Assembly: GCF_000025125.1 (NCBI RefSeq)
Contig: NC_013771.1
Coordinates: 1,380,001-1,412,000, forward strand
Length of the DNA stretch: 32,000 bases
DNA from: Candidatus Atelocyanobacterium thalassa isolate ALOHA
GTDB taxonomy: Bacteria; Cyanobacteriota; Cyanobacteriia; Cyanobacteriales; Microcystaceae
Direction: 5' to 3'
Shown here: positions 17,495 to 27,642 of the stretch, piece after piece
How positions within the stretch are numbered: the stretch's first letter is position 1
Layout of the letters: every line of letters starts with the position of its first letter
Program-made: the position numbers and the translations under genes
Notes under the pieces: model-generated
What the model saw: the letters and a program-made list of their open reading frames with translations, nothing else
Told to the model about the DNA's origin: nothing
The model's database searches: none

Positions 17495-18236
17495 AATACA
17501 AAACTAATACACATAATATTAAAGACTCTGTCCACTCTACTACTGCGCCATAGGTGTCTCCTGTATGGCCTTCAAATTGTTTATTAAAAAAATAACTTAT
17601 TCCAACAGAGATTATTATGCCAGTTATCATAATAATTATGCCTAATATTTCTTGGTGCGAAGTAAATATCATCCAAAGTATATTTATTATTAACAAATTT
17701 ATGGTCCCAAACAATAAATCGTTAGGGTAGTTTATATATTGTTTATGAAAAAGGCCTTTTCCAGCTTTTTTTAAGTAAGTATAAAAAGTTATTGAAAAAA
17801 GTTGTGCCCATCTGCCCCATGCATAAGTAATCATTAAAATCCATAAACGATAACTATCAATAGCACTTAGAGCAACAACCTTTAACAAAATTACCATTAT
17901 TCCAGCAATTACTCCAAAAGCTCCAACTGAGCTATCTTGCATTGCCATAAGCTTCTTTTGAGGATCGCTTAATGTTATCCCATCAGCACTATCAATAACC
18001 CCATCTAAATGTAATCCTCCAGTTATTAAGATACCCAAAAAAACTATCAAAGTACTTCTTATTAAGATGGGAAATCCGATAAATATTAATAAATAGTCTA
18101 CTAGTCCTAATATTGTTCCAATTAAAAGACCTACAACAGGAGACCAAGCTGCAATAGATTGAAAACTTTTCTCCCAATTATTTGGTAACGGAATAATAGT
18201 ATAGAAAGTAATTGATCCTAGTAAAGACTTTAACAA
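17484..18236 (-). CDS. cobS: Adenosylcobinamide-GDP ribazoletransferase (cobalamin synthase)
   Basis: 250-aa polytopic membrane protein with a CobS-like N-terminus (ITFYTIIPLP) and an HLDGVIDSADG motif. The start codon at 18236 is TTG. The 3' end overlaps the convergent PPC gene by 11 nt. Confidence 0.85.
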   Translation of the reverse strand: MLKSLLGSITFYTIIPLPNNWEKSFQSIAAWSPVVGLLIGTILGLVDYLLIFIGFPILIRSTLIVFLGILITGGLHLDGVIDSADGITLSDPQKKLMAMQDSSVGAFGVIAGIMVILLKVVALSAIDSYRLWILMITYAWGRWAQLFSITFYTYLKKAGKGLFHKQYINYPNDLLFGTINLLIINILWMIFTSHQEILGIIIMITGIIISVGISYFFNKQFEGHTGDTYGAVVEWTESLILCVLVLYFSG

Positions 18237-18351
18237 GGTACTAGATAGTTATTAAAGAACATTTGATTTATTTTAAGTCTAAAACTTTAAAATAGATAAC
18301 TTAAGAATAATATTAATTTTAAATTTAAGGAACTATAAAACGCTTCCAGAA

Positions 18352-19239
18352 TTAATTTATTATTAATAATATTATAGGTAAAGTAAGAAAACTTAAGAAA
18401 GTAGTTAAAATAATTGTGCGTGCAACTTGGTTTACTTCTCCTCCAAACTCTGCGCTTAAAACAACTGTATTAATTGCTGTTGGCATTGCACTTTGTAAAA
18501 TCAAAACCTGTAAATCTAAACCTCTAAGGCCAATAATTTTTCCTACACATAGGGCTATAACAGGAGCTGCTATCAATCGGAGACTTGAGGATAATAACTC
18601 TAAATTAGTTATTTTAAATGTAGTACTTCTTAATTCCATCCCTAATATGATGAGAGCAATAGGAATAGAGGACCTACCTAAAATATTTAATACTTCATAT
18701 AAGTTAAAAGGAAGCTCTATTCGTAATACTCTGAGTGTTATTCCTAATAACATTGCCCATATTAATGGCAATTTTAAAATTACTTGTAGACTATTTTTAA
18801 GATTAGTCCCAGCTAGAAGAGCTGGCATAATGACGAAAAGTAATACACTTGAGCCTATCATATATATAACAGCTCTTTCTAACCCAGAAGATCCCAATGC
18901 AAATTCTATTAAGGGTAGCCCCATATTCCCATTATTGGGATGCAAAGTAGTAGCTATTAAACTTTTATGGATTGTTGTTGAAATCTCAAAATATTTACTA
19001 AATAAGCTAACTAGAATGTATAAAACTAAGGCAATTACGAAAACCCCTAACAGAATTTGCAACATGCTATGGTTAGACATGTTAGTAGTATATAAACTAT
19101 CAGTAACTAGAGCTGGAAATAGAATATAAATAATTAACTTGGATAAAGTCGTCTTATGAAGTTCTAATTTTTTTCCTGCAGTAGCACCAATAATAACAAT
19201 ACAAATAATAGGTAAAATAGCGGACAAAAGAGCAGTCAT
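18352..19239 (-). CDS. Auxin efflux carrier (AEC) family permease
   Basis: About 10 hydrophobic helices. The AEC-like N-terminus MTALLSAILPIICIVIIGATAGKKL starts at the ATG at 19239. The ORF-track start at 19293 is a TTG and adds 18 atypical residues, so I prefer 19239. Confidence 0.75.
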   Translation of the reverse strand: MTALLSAILPIICIVIIGATAGKKLELHKTTLSKLIIYILFPALVTDSLYTTNMSNHSMLQILLGVFVIALVLYILVSLFSKYFEISTTIHKSLIATTLHPNNGNMGLPLIEFALGSSGLERAVIYMIGSSVLLFVIMPALLAGTNLKNSLQVILKLPLIWAMLLGITLRVLRIELPFNLYEVLNILGRSSIPIALIILGMELRSTTFKITNLELLSSSLRLIAAPVIALCVGKIIGLRGLDLQVLILQSAMPTAINTVVLSAEFGGEVNQVARTIILTTFLSFLTLPIILLIIN

Positions 19240-19297
19240 TGATAAGATATAGGTTGCATAACATTGACTGACTGTACTAAAAAATAGTCCCAATCAA

Positions 19298-19324
19298 AGA
19301 GCATTGTCACTCAACTAGTGCTCT
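19298..19324 (-). terminator. Candidate stem-loop downstream of the RNR beta gene
   Basis: AGAGCATT (19298-19305) pairs with AGTGCTCT (19317-19324) over 8 bp including one G-U, with an 11-nt loop. On the minus strand it is followed by TTGATTG, a weak U-tract. Confidence 0.3.
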
Positions 19325-19466
19325 CTAACTTTTTCAAATAGAGACTAAATTAATTTTAAATAAAAATTATATTGCTTAACATTTATAGTCAAGAGGACTT
19401 ATAGATATATATTTGTAGATCTATTTTTACCTTTCAGAAACTAACAAAAATAAAATCAGCAATATT

Positions 19467-20531
19467 TTAAAATTCATCCCATCCACTAACCCCAGAAGAC
19501 ATGACATAACTAGTTACTGTAGACTCAAAAAAGTTCGCCTTAGTATGTCCATCTTTTTTAGTATCAGAAAATCTTTCTAAATGACTGTAAGGACTTTTAG
19601 TGAATTCTTCCCCGGTATAAAGTGGTTCTAGTCCTATGGATCGTAGTCGAATGTTAGCCAAGTATTTTGTATATTGTTCCGTACTTGACTCAGTGATACC
19701 CAATATATTACTGCCCACTATGTGATTAGTCCATCGACATTCATGATTAACAGCTGTGTCAAACATCTCATAAATTTGTTCAGTAGAGTGAGGAAAAACT
19801 TTTCTCGCTTCAGGTATAAGCTTTTGATAAAGTCTCACGTGACTTAACTCATCTCTATTAATCATTTTAAAGATGTCTGCTGATCCTGGCATTAACATTC
19901 TAGAAGCTAAATTATAGAAATAAATGAATCCATTGTAAAAGTACAATCCTTCCAGTAAAAAATCCGCCATTAGCGCTGTAAAGTAATTTTCTGCGGTGGG
20001 ATCATCAATGTATTTTTGATATATTTTTGCAATAAATTCACATCTACTTCTTAAGACTTTATCTTCACGCCAAAATTCATATACTTGGTTTCTTCTGTCT
20101 GGAGGAACAATTGTCTCTATTATGTATTGATAACTTTGATTGTGCATACCTTCTTGAGATATCTGTTCAGCCATACATAAGCTTACTTCTGGAGCTGTAA
20201 TACTATTTTTGAGATGAGGAATATTACAAGTTTGAATGGAATCTAAAAAAGTCAGATATGACAATATGCCGTCATAGGCATAGCGTTCATCTTCCGTTAA
20301 ATTAGAATAATCTGTTACATCTTGAGTTATATCCAGTTTTTGAGGAATCCAAAAATTTTCCCTCATTTGTTGATATAAACCAACTGCCCAGGAATAACGT
20401 ACATCATTTAACTGCATTAAATTAGTAGTATTGCCAAACCAGATAGCTCTATTTTCAATAGCATCGTCTCCATCCGGATTAAAGATAGGATTAGTTGACA
20501 TCACTGTTCGTTTATCTATAACCATTTTCAT
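19467..20531 (-). CDS. nrdB: Ribonucleoside-diphosphate reductase beta subunit (class I, diiron-tyrosyl type)
   Basis: 354 aa. The iron ligand and radical motifs are FLDSIQ (Asp), QEGMHNQSY (ExxH plus Tyr at the radical position), LLEGLYFY (Glu) and RDELSHV (ExxH). The acidic aromatic C-terminal tail is SGWDEF. An alternative start is the Met at residue 11. Confidence 0.9.
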   Translation of the reverse strand: MKMVIDKRTVMSTNPIFNPDGDDAIENRAIWFGNTTNLMQLNDVRYSWAVGLYQQMRENFWIPQKLDITQDVTDYSNLTEDERYAYDGILSYLTFLDSIQTCNIPHLKNSITAPEVSLCMAEQISQEGMHNQSYQYIIETIVPPDRRNQVYEFWREDKVLRSRCEFIAKIYQKYIDDPTAENYFTALMADFLLEGLYFYNGFIYFYNLASRMLMPGSADIFKMINRDELSHVRLYQKLIPEARKVFPHSTEQIYEMFDTAVNHECRWTNHIVGSNILGITESSTEQYTKYLANIRLRSIGLEPLYTGEEFTKSPYSHLERFSDTKKDGHTKANFFESTVTSYVMSSGVSGWDEF

Positions 20532-20759
20532 TACATAATAAGTTCTTATAAAGTAATTATATATGATTTAAATATCCACCATTTAACTTCTAGTACTGAC
20601 TTTTTAAGTATTGAGTTATATTCACTTGAAATATACTAATAAAATGGTTTTTCTAGATATAAATAGAATAATTAGAATATAAAGTATATTTTTCATATTA
20701 TTTCTTTTTAATAGAAACGAGATAATATTTTTTTCGCAGATCAAAATAGTTATCATATC

Positions 20760-20795
20760 AAGTTAACTAATATGTCTAAATATATTAGTTAACTT
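20760..20795. repeat. Perfect 14-bp inverted repeat (8-nt spacer) in the nrdB upstream spacer
   Basis: AAGTTAACTAATAT (20760-20773) and ATATTAGTTAACTT (20782-20795) are exact reverse complements. The repeat lies about 230-265 nt upstream of the nrdB start. Confidence 0.6.
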
Positions 20796-20934
20796 AATTA
20801 GAATATTTTAAAGAAAAATTATTCGATAGTAATAAAACAATCATTTATGACTGTTTTATTACTTCTCAAAGATTTTATATTTCTTCTAAGATAGATATGA
20901 TTAGATCTCCCTTCCAAAAAATATTTATGTAGTA

Positions 20935-20976
20935 ATTTAGTGTTCTATATTTTTTTCAAAATATAGAACACTAAAT
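20935..20976. repeat. Perfect 19-bp hairpin or inverted repeat with a 4-nt loop
   Basis: ATTTAGTGTTCTATATTTT (20935-20953) and AAAATATAGAACACTAAAT (20958-20976) are exact reverse complements with loop TTTC. It is the longest perfect hairpin in the two long spacers. Confidence 0.65.
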
Positions 20977-21452
20977 ATTATGATGTCGAGTAAGATTTCT
21001 TTATGTTTTTTATTTAAGGCTTTAACTATACTGTAGCTAATATCCATCTTTCTTTTCTTCAGTAGATAGTTCATACTTATAAGTTTTCCTTTCCCTTTAT
21101 AGTGATGTAGAGATTATTTTTTATGAGATAAGAAAATGTGATTAACATCTTCTCATTGTTTCAAAAATTTCAAATAGTTATTACACCAAATAGAACAATC
21201 TACTAAGATGTTATCAGCACTTTTCAATAAGAAATATGATATTTTTTCTAAAATTTTTCAATTAGATTGAAAGATAAATAATTTTTGGTGAAGGATGAGG
21301 TAATTTAGAACTCTTAAATCTTTTTGAACTTCATCTATCTTAAAATTTTATTTACAATAAAGATCAAATATTACTTTGTTGCTTTTTTGAATTAGTGAAA
21401 TTTATTTTCAAAAGAGTATTTATTCAAAATTCTTTAATATAATTTTTTAAAC

Positions 21453-22925
21453 ATGTGGTTATTAGTACTTATTTTAGGCACAATTACATACTATCTAATA
21501 AAACGAACGGTCGCTCCTATTACGGACACTCCTGTATGGATTGTTTGGTTGATAATGATGGGACCAGCCTTGATATGGACAATTTGGTATGAAATAGTGG
21601 GAGGAGATAAGCCCATACCTACTTTACTAATAGTGATACCTTTAATAGTTTGTTTGATTTTATATTTATATGTTATCAAAATAGGTAAAGTTAAAACATT
21701 ACCCAAGCAAGAAGCCCAAAATTTAGTTTCTCCTCATGAAACTGGGAAAAATATAAATGATACTCCAGCAATACTTCCCATTACAGCTATTGAAGAAAAA
21801 GCTCTAAGAGAGTGCTTTCCTTGGAGAATTTATCATCTACAAGACATAAACTATCGCCCTCAAACTATTTTGTGTCATGGCAAATTAAAAACTCTTCCAG
21901 AAAAAGCCTATAATTTCGTAAAAAATAATATTGAAAAAATATTTGGTGATCGTTTTTTAGTACTTTTTCAAGAAGGTTTAAAAGGAAATCACTTTTTTGC
22001 TTTAGTTCCGAACCCTCATTCTAAAAAAGAAATAGAAAAATCTTTGAAAAAGCCAATATTAGCTTTTGGACTATTATTGCTGACTTTATTAACAACAACA
22101 ATGGTTGGTACCTTTCAAATAGTTAATATTGAGCAAGAATTTGTAGGTAATAATCTTGTCATATTTCTTGAAGGACTACCTTATAGCTTAGGTCTAATAT
22201 CTATTTTAGGAGTTCATGAATTTAGTCATTATTTAACGACTGTTCGCTATAAAGTTGCTGCAACCTTTCCTTATTTTATTCCTATTCCTTTTTTCCTAGG
22301 AACTTTCGGAGCATTTATCCAAATAAAATCTCCGATACCACATCGTAAAGCTTTATTTGATATAGCTATTTCTGGCCCTTTAGGCGGATTCTTAATCACT
22401 CTTCCATTATTAGTCTGGGGAATATCGTTATCAGATGTTGTTCCATTGCCAATAGAAGAAAATATTTCCCTTCTAAATACTAAAGCTTTAGATCCAAGAT
22501 TTTCAATGCTATTTACTATGTTGGTTAAATTAGTTTTAGGAAGCCATTTTATAGCAGGAAAAGTTATTTCCCTTCATCCTCTAGCCGTAGCAGGATACGT
22601 TGGGCTCATAGTAACAGCACTAAACTTAATTCCTGTAGGACAATTAGATGGTGGTCATATTGTTCATGCTATGTTTGGACAAAGAATTGCCATTATGATT
22701 GGTCAATTAACTAGAATTTTAATGTTAATCTTAGCTATGAACAGGCCAGAGTTTTTGATTTGGGCGATCCTATTATTTTTAATGCCTATTTTTGATCAAC
22801 CTGCTTTAAATGATGTAACTGAATTAGATAACACAAGAGATTTTATCGGTTTGTGTACCTTAACATTATTATTATTAATTTTATTACCAGTACCTAGCTT
22901 TATAACTCATTGGTTACAAATTTAA
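21453..22925 (+). CDS. Site-2 protease family (M50) membrane zinc metalloprotease
   Basis: 490-aa polytopic protein. The HExxH motif is HEFSHY and the second metal-ligand motif is LNLIPVGQLDGGH (NxxPxxxLDG). Confidence 0.88.
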   Translation: MWLLVLILGTITYYLIKRTVAPITDTPVWIVWLIMMGPALIWTIWYEIVGGDKPIPTLLIVIPLIVCLILYLYVIKIGKVKTLPKQEAQNLVSPHETGKNINDTPAILPITAIEEKALRECFPWRIYHLQDINYRPQTILCHGKLKTLPEKAYNFVKNNIEKIFGDRFLVLFQEGLKGNHFFALVPNPHSKKEIEKSLKKPILAFGLLLLTLLTTTMVGTFQIVNIEQEFVGNNLVIFLEGLPYSLGLISILGVHEFSHYLTTVRYKVAATFPYFIPIPFFLGTFGAFIQIKSPIPHRKALFDIAISGPLGGFLITLPLLVWGISLSDVVPLPIEENISLLNTKALDPRFSMLFTMLVKLVLGSHFIAGKVISLHPLAVAGYVGLIVTALNLIPVGQLDGGHIVHAMFGQRIAIMIGQLTRILMLILAMNRPEFLIWAILLFLMPIFDQPALNDVTELDNTRDFIGLCTLTLLLLILLPVPSFITHWLQI

Positions 22926-22974
22926 GGCTAATAGTATGCAAAAAATTGAATAATTTCGTTGAGAAAAAATTCTA

Positions 22975-25578
22975 TCAATTTTCAATAGCGATTTTTGTAA
23001 AAATTAAAATTTCGTCTTTAAGATCTACAAAGATTGTATCTTCTCCTACGAATTCCCCTTTAAGAAGTAGTTTAGCAATAGGGGTTTCCAAATATTTTTG
23101 AATCGCTCTTTTTAGAGGTCTAGCTCCATAAACAGGATCATAGCCAACATTAACGATAAAGTCTAAGGCAGAATCTGATAATTGAATATATATATTTTGT
23201 TCTTCTAGACGATTACTTAACAGTTGAGTTTGCAGCTTAACAATGTCTCTTAATTGAGACCTTTGTAATCCATGAAAAATTATCATTTCATCAATGCGAT
23301 TAAGGAATTCAGGACGAAAATTATTTTGTACAGTTTTGACAACACGCGAGTACATTTCACTATAACGAGAATCATCATCCACAACATCTAATATATATTG
23401 TGAACCTATATTGCTAGTCATAATAATAATAGTATTTTTAAAGTTTACGGTACGTCCTTGAGAATCGGTTAATCTACCATCATCAAGAATTTGTAACATA
23501 ATATTAAAAATATCAGCATGAGCTTTTTCTATCTCATCAAAAAGAATTACAGCATATGGATGACGACGAATAGCTTCACTTAATTGTCCTCCCTCATCGT
23601 AACCAACATACCCTGGGGGTGCTCCAATCAAGCGAGATATAGTATGCCTCTCCATATATTCAGACATATCAATACGTACTATCGATTCCTCAGTATCGAA
23701 TAAACTTTTTGCAAGTGCTTTTGCCAATTCAGTTTTTCCAACTCCTGTAGGTCCAAGAAAAAGAAAACTAGCAATAGGGCGTTTTGGGTCTGCAAGGCCA
23801 GCTCTTGATCTTTGAATAGAGTCTGCAACAGCAGTTACAGCTTCTTCTTGCCCCACTATCTTTTCATGAAGGTCATCTTCTAAATTTAATAATTTTTCTT
23901 TTTCCGATTGTACTAGTTTGTTAAGAGGAATTCCTGTCCATCGAGATATGATTTCAGCTATATCTGATGGTACTACTTCTTCCCTAAGTAAAATTTTATT
24001 TTGATTGTTTACAGTTTTATCTTCTAATTCTTTTATTTGCTTCTGTAACGTTGACAATTTGCCATATCTTAACTCAGCAGCTTTGTTGAGATCGTAATCC
24101 CTTTCAGATTGTTGAATCTCTAAGTTAACTTGATCAATAGTTTTTTTTAATTTTAGTATTTGATCGATTAGTGTCTTTTCTGTTTGCCATCGTGAATTAA
24201 GATCAAATTGTTCTTGCTTTAAATCAGAAATCTCTTTCTCTAAAATTTTTAATCTTTCGCAAGACAGATGATCTTCCTCCTTATTTAAAGACAGGCGTTC
24301 CATCTCTAGTTGAAGAATTTTACGATCAATTTCATCTAACTTTTCTGGCTTAGAAGTAATTTCTATTTTAAGTTTAGCAGCAGATTCATCTATTAGATCG
24401 ATAGCCTTATCGGGCAAAAAACGATCACTAATATAGCGATCAGACAATACTGCTGCAGCTACTAATGCTGTATCTGCTATCTTTACTCCATGATGAACTT
24501 CATAGCGTTCTTTTAATCCACGTAAAATAGAAATTGTATCAATTACGTTAGGCTCGTCTATTATGACTGATTGAAAACGTCGTTCTAAAGCAGCATCTTT
24601 TTCAATATATTTTCGATATTCATTAAGTGTCGTTGCTCCGATACATCTGAGTTCGCCTCTTGCTAGCATAGGTTTAAGTAGATTTCCAGCATCCATCGCT
24701 CCCTGAGTAGCGCCTGCTCCAACTACGGTATGTATTTCATCAATAAACAAAATAATGCTACCTTGAGAATCGATAACTTCTTTTAAGACTGCTTTTAATC
24801 GTTCTTCAAATTCTCCTCGATATTTTGCACCTGCAATTAAAGACCCCATGTCTAAAACAATAAGTTTCCTATCTCGTAAAGATTCAGGGACATCTCTATT
24901 AATTATTCTTTGAGCCAAACCCTCAACGATAGCTGTTTTTCCTACTCCAGGTTCTCCAATTAAAACAGGATTATTTTTAGTCCTGCGAGACAAAATTTGG
25001 ATAGTACGACGAATTTCATCGTCTCTTCCAATAACTGGATCGAGTTTTCCTTCCTCAGCTAACTTTGTTAAATCTCTTCCATATTTTGTTAATGCTTCAT
25101 AATTAACTTCTGGATTTTGATCGATCACTTTTTTTTCCCCTCTAATTTCTTTTATAACTTTTTCTAAATGTTCTTTGGATAGGTTGATTTGCTTAAATAA
25201 GTCTATTCCGAAACGATTATCGTAAATATATGCCAAAAGTATGTGTTCTATAGAAATATAATTATCTTGAAATTCTTGTCGAAAGTTTTCACTTTTATCA
25301 AAAAGTTTGTCTAAACTGTATCCTAGATAAACAGATTCTATAGAATTGGATACTTTCGGTTGATTAGAAATAAATTTTTCAGTAATATCTTGTACTTTGT
25401 TTATATCAACATTTGCCTTATTAAATACTCTTATAGATAATTCATCTTTCTTTATAAGAAATTTCATCAAATGCTCAGTTTCAATTTGTTGATGTTTGTT
25501 TTCTTTTGCAATTTTTGGAGTTTCAACGATTGCTTCCCATACTTTTAATGTAAACTTGTTAGGATCAGTAGGTTGCAT
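22975..25578 (-). CDS. clpB: ATP-dependent chaperone (disaggregase) ClpB
   Basis: 867 aa. The two AAA+ modules have Walker A motifs GEPGVGKT and GPTGVGKT. A long coiled-coil middle domain lies between them, and the ClpB-type N-domain and C-terminus are present. Confidence 0.97.
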   Translation of the reverse strand: MQPTDPNKFTLKVWEAIVETPKIAKENKHQQIETEHLMKFLIKKDELSIRVFNKANVDINKVQDITEKFISNQPKVSNSIESVYLGYSLDKLFDKSENFRQEFQDNYISIEHILLAYIYDNRFGIDLFKQINLSKEHLEKVIKEIRGEKKVIDQNPEVNYEALTKYGRDLTKLAEEGKLDPVIGRDDEIRRTIQILSRRTKNNPVLIGEPGVGKTAIVEGLAQRIINRDVPESLRDRKLIVLDMGSLIAGAKYRGEFEERLKAVLKEVIDSQGSIILFIDEIHTVVGAGATQGAMDAGNLLKPMLARGELRCIGATTLNEYRKYIEKDAALERRFQSVIIDEPNVIDTISILRGLKERYEVHHGVKIADTALVAAAVLSDRYISDRFLPDKAIDLIDESAAKLKIEITSKPEKLDEIDRKILQLEMERLSLNKEEDHLSCERLKILEKEISDLKQEQFDLNSRWQTEKTLIDQILKLKKTIDQVNLEIQQSERDYDLNKAAELRYGKLSTLQKQIKELEDKTVNNQNKILLREEVVPSDIAEIISRWTGIPLNKLVQSEKEKLLNLEDDLHEKIVGQEEAVTAVADSIQRSRAGLADPKRPIASFLFLGPTGVGKTELAKALAKSLFDTEESIVRIDMSEYMERHTISRLIGAPPGYVGYDEGGQLSEAIRRHPYAVILFDEIEKAHADIFNIMLQILDDGRLTDSQGRTVNFKNTIIIMTSNIGSQYILDVVDDDSRYSEMYSRVVKTVQNNFRPEFLNRIDEMIIFHGLQRSQLRDIVKLQTQLLSNRLEEQNIYIQLSDSALDFIVNVGYDPVYGARPLKRAIQKYLETPIAKLLLKGEFVGEDTIFVDLKDEILIFTKIAIEN

Positions 25579-25700
25579 TTTTCAAGGTACATTGATTAAC
25601 TTATATTTTTTATAATATCTTAATTGAAAAAATAACGAAGGACGGATCTCCTCACTATTTAGGGTTTATTTGTTAATATATGAAACATGAAAAAAATTAA

Positions 25701-25720
25701 TATAACTATCTATAGTTATA
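25701..25720. promoter_or_regulatory. 20-bp palindrome upstream of clpB (operator candidate)
   Basis: TATAACTAT-CT-ATAGTTATA has 9-bp perfect arms and is centred about 130 nt upstream of the clpB ATG (25578). It is AT-only, so chance occurrence is not negligible. Confidence 0.25.
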
Positions 25721-26531
25721 TATTTTATACAGTAGAAGCTATACAGATATACATAAAATTTTTATCAAAGTATGACTAGCATACTCTTGCAAGTCACAAT
25801 CAACTGGGATTCTTCACAAAGTCATCAAACAGTATGGATAGAAAATAACTTATTATATTGGTTTTAAATATTAAAGTTTTATCTATATTTGGAAAATTAA
25901 TATTTTGGCAAAAATTATTTTCCCCGCTTGTATGCTGTGATTAAATATATAAAAATCTTAAAGAATAAAAACTATATTTTTTAGGATTGTAGTAAAGTCT
26001 TTTAACTGTTTGAAATATTCATTAAAGTATTTTGTATTGTTAAAAGAAGCATAATATATCTCGCATTAAAATATTTTATGGAAGCTTGTTTTCCTGCTAA
26101 TTATTATTTATTAACTATGAAATTGTTAGGGGTAAAACTTTATCTATAAGATTATTTTTTACTTTATCATCACACAGATAATAAGTATTAAATCAATATA
26201 ATTTTTAATAACCTGAAACAATCAATATACATTTATGGTCAACTTATACAAATAATTACAAAGTTCACAAAATCATGTAGTATTGTTAAGGAAGTAAATC
26301 GGAACAATTAGGAACTTTTATTTAGAGCATACATTAAGTTTCCTGTAATATAAACCTTCAAAGTTCCTAGCATTAACGGAAGCACTGAGGCTTCATATTA
26401 ATATCTCGATAAAACAATAACTATAGCTAATATTTCGCTATCGTAAATTCTACCTAACATACTATTATCAATTACTCTTCATTTCGTGATACCATCCCCG
26501 AATTAAACTACTATTACGTAAAAATCGTATT

Positions 26532-27488
26532 ATGAAGCTAACTAAAAGTAATCTTGATCCTGTCCGTTCATACCTAAGAGAGATTGGTCGTGTCCCTTTA
26601 CTAACTCATGAGGAAGAGATTCTTTATGCAAAACGTGTACAAAGATTTGTAGATTTAGAAAAATATCGTGAACTTTTCACTAAAGAAACAGGAAAAGAAC
26701 CAACAGAGACCCAATGGGCTCAAGCAGCAAGAATATCAAGAAGAGAACTGCATTCTGCGATAGCCTCAGGTGAAGCTGCCAAGCGTAAAATGGTTGAAGC
26801 AAATCTTCGTTTAGTTGTATCAGTCGCGAAAAAATATCTCAAACGAAATTTAGATCTATTAGATCTTATTCAAGAAGGAACTATTGGCATGCAGAGGGGA
26901 GTTGAAAAATTTGATCCTACAAAAGGATATCGTTTTTCGACTTATGCTTATTGGTGGATTCGCCAAGCAATTACTCGTGCAATTGCTGAAAAAAGCCGTA
27001 CTATACGTCTTCCTATACATATCACTGAAAAACTTAATAAAATTAAAAAAGCGCAACGAGAACTTTCGCAAGCGAGAGGAAGAGATGCAACTATTGCTGA
27101 ATTAGCTGAAGAATTGGATCTTACTCCTAAACAAGTTAGAGAATATTTAGAAAGGGCTCGTCAACCATTATCATTAGATTTAAGAGTAGGAGATAATCAA
27201 GATACAGAACTGGGAGATCTTTTAGAAGATGATGGTCCCTCACCCGAAGATTTTGCCACTCATTCTTCTCTACAATTTGATCTAGAAATACTTATGGAAG
27301 ATCTAACAACTCAGCAAAAAGAAGTTATTGCTTTGAGATTTGGATTAACTGATGGGCAACCTTTAACATTAGCTAAAATTGGTTGTCGCCTAAATATCAG
27401 TCGTGAAAGAGTTAGGCAAATTGAGAGAGAAGCTCTTTCTAAACTTAGAAAACGTAAGGCAAATATTCAAGAATATTTAGCTAGTTAA
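26532..27488 (+). CDS. RNA polymerase sigma-70 factor, group 2 type
   Basis: 318 aa. It starts at region 1.2 ([16 protein letters not shown]) with no region 1.1 extension. The region 2 rpoD box is [40 protein letters not shown]. The region 4.2 HTH is [25 protein letters not shown]. Confidence 0.93.
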   Translation: MKLTKSNLDPVRSYLREIGRVPLLTHEEEILYAKRVQRFVDLEKYRELFTKETGKEPTETQWAQAARISRRELHSAIASGEAAKRKMVEANLRLVVSVAKKYLKRNLDLLDLIQEGTIGMQRGVEKFDPTKGYRFSTYAYWWIRQAITRAIAEKSRTIRLPIHITEKLNKIKKAQRELSQARGRDATIAELAEELDLTPKQVREYLERARQPLSLDLRVGDNQDTELGDLLEDDGPSPEDFATHSSLQFDLEILMEDLTTQQKEVIALRFGLTDGQPLTLAKIGCRLNISRERVRQIEREALSKLRKRKANIQEYLAS

Positions 27489-27521
27489 GCTACAAAAATA
27501 TTCTTAAGTAAAATATGAAGA

Positions 27522-27556
27522 TTACGGTTTTACTATCTTAAATTTACGGTTTTACT
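27522..27556 (+). promoter_or_regulatory. Two copies of TTACGGTTTTACT, 22 bp apart
   Basis: Exact 13-mers lie at 27522-27534 and 27544-27556, between the sigma gene stop and the DUF760-like gene start (27643). Confidence 0.35.
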
Positions 27557-27642
27557 GGTTTAGATATTTTTCAAAACTTGTTATTCTAAGATGAAGTAAT
27601 ATTTATAATATGAAATATTAATCTAGAGACAATGTGAGGTAA

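Noticed and set aside
18416-19129. A 237-aa plus-strand ORF, unusually long for AT-rich DNA, lies entirely inside the AEC permease gene on the opposite strand.
   Set aside because: The minus-strand product has clear AEC-family topology and N-terminus. The plus-strand product has no motif, odd composition and no ribosome-binding context. It is most likely a shadow ORF in the frame complementary to a Leu/Ile-rich membrane protein.
20935-20976. The hairpin arms contain GTGTTCTATAT/ATATAGAACAC, so I considered an NrdR box upstream of nrdB.
   Set aside because: NrdR boxes are 16-bp palindromes of the form ACACnATATATnGTGT. Here the half-sites are in the everted order (GTGT...ATAT//ATAT...ACAC) and spaced differently, and no tandem second box lies at about 31 bp.
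20937-21074. A 45-codon minus-strand ORF (MNYLLKKRKMDISYSIVKALNKKHKEILLDIIIFSVLYFEKNIEH) has the 19-bp hairpin as its 3' third.
   Set aside because: It has no Shine-Dalgarno-like sequence and no recognisable family, and its length is within chance expectation. The hairpin arms explain part of the open frame. It is kept only as something to test with ribosome profiling.
20532-21452. A cobalamin riboswitch upstream of nrdB, or any riboswitch in the ECF operon leader at 2795-2946.
   Set aside because: I could find no B12-box-like GCCACTG core or GC-rich multi-stem architecture. I also found no TPP (CTGAGA), FMN or preQ1 cores. Both regions are almost pure A/T.
22910-23101. A 63-aa plus-strand ORF spans the M50 protease stop and the clpB 3' end.
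   Set aside because: It overlaps two confidently called genes and its sequence has no features. The 49-nt convergent gap leaves no room for an independent gene.
25770-25784. NtcA-like site GTA-N-TAC in the clpB/sigma spacer.
   Set aside because: The spacer is 9 nt, not the canonical 8 (GTA-N8-TAC), and no suitably placed -10 box is evident.
27522-27556. RpaB-type HLR1 element, suggested by the repeated TTAC units.
   Set aside because: HLR1 is two (G/T)TTACA(T/A)(T/A) units 10 bp apart. Here the internal TTAC units are 8 bp apart and lack the ACA core. The repeat is reported only as a generic direct repeat.
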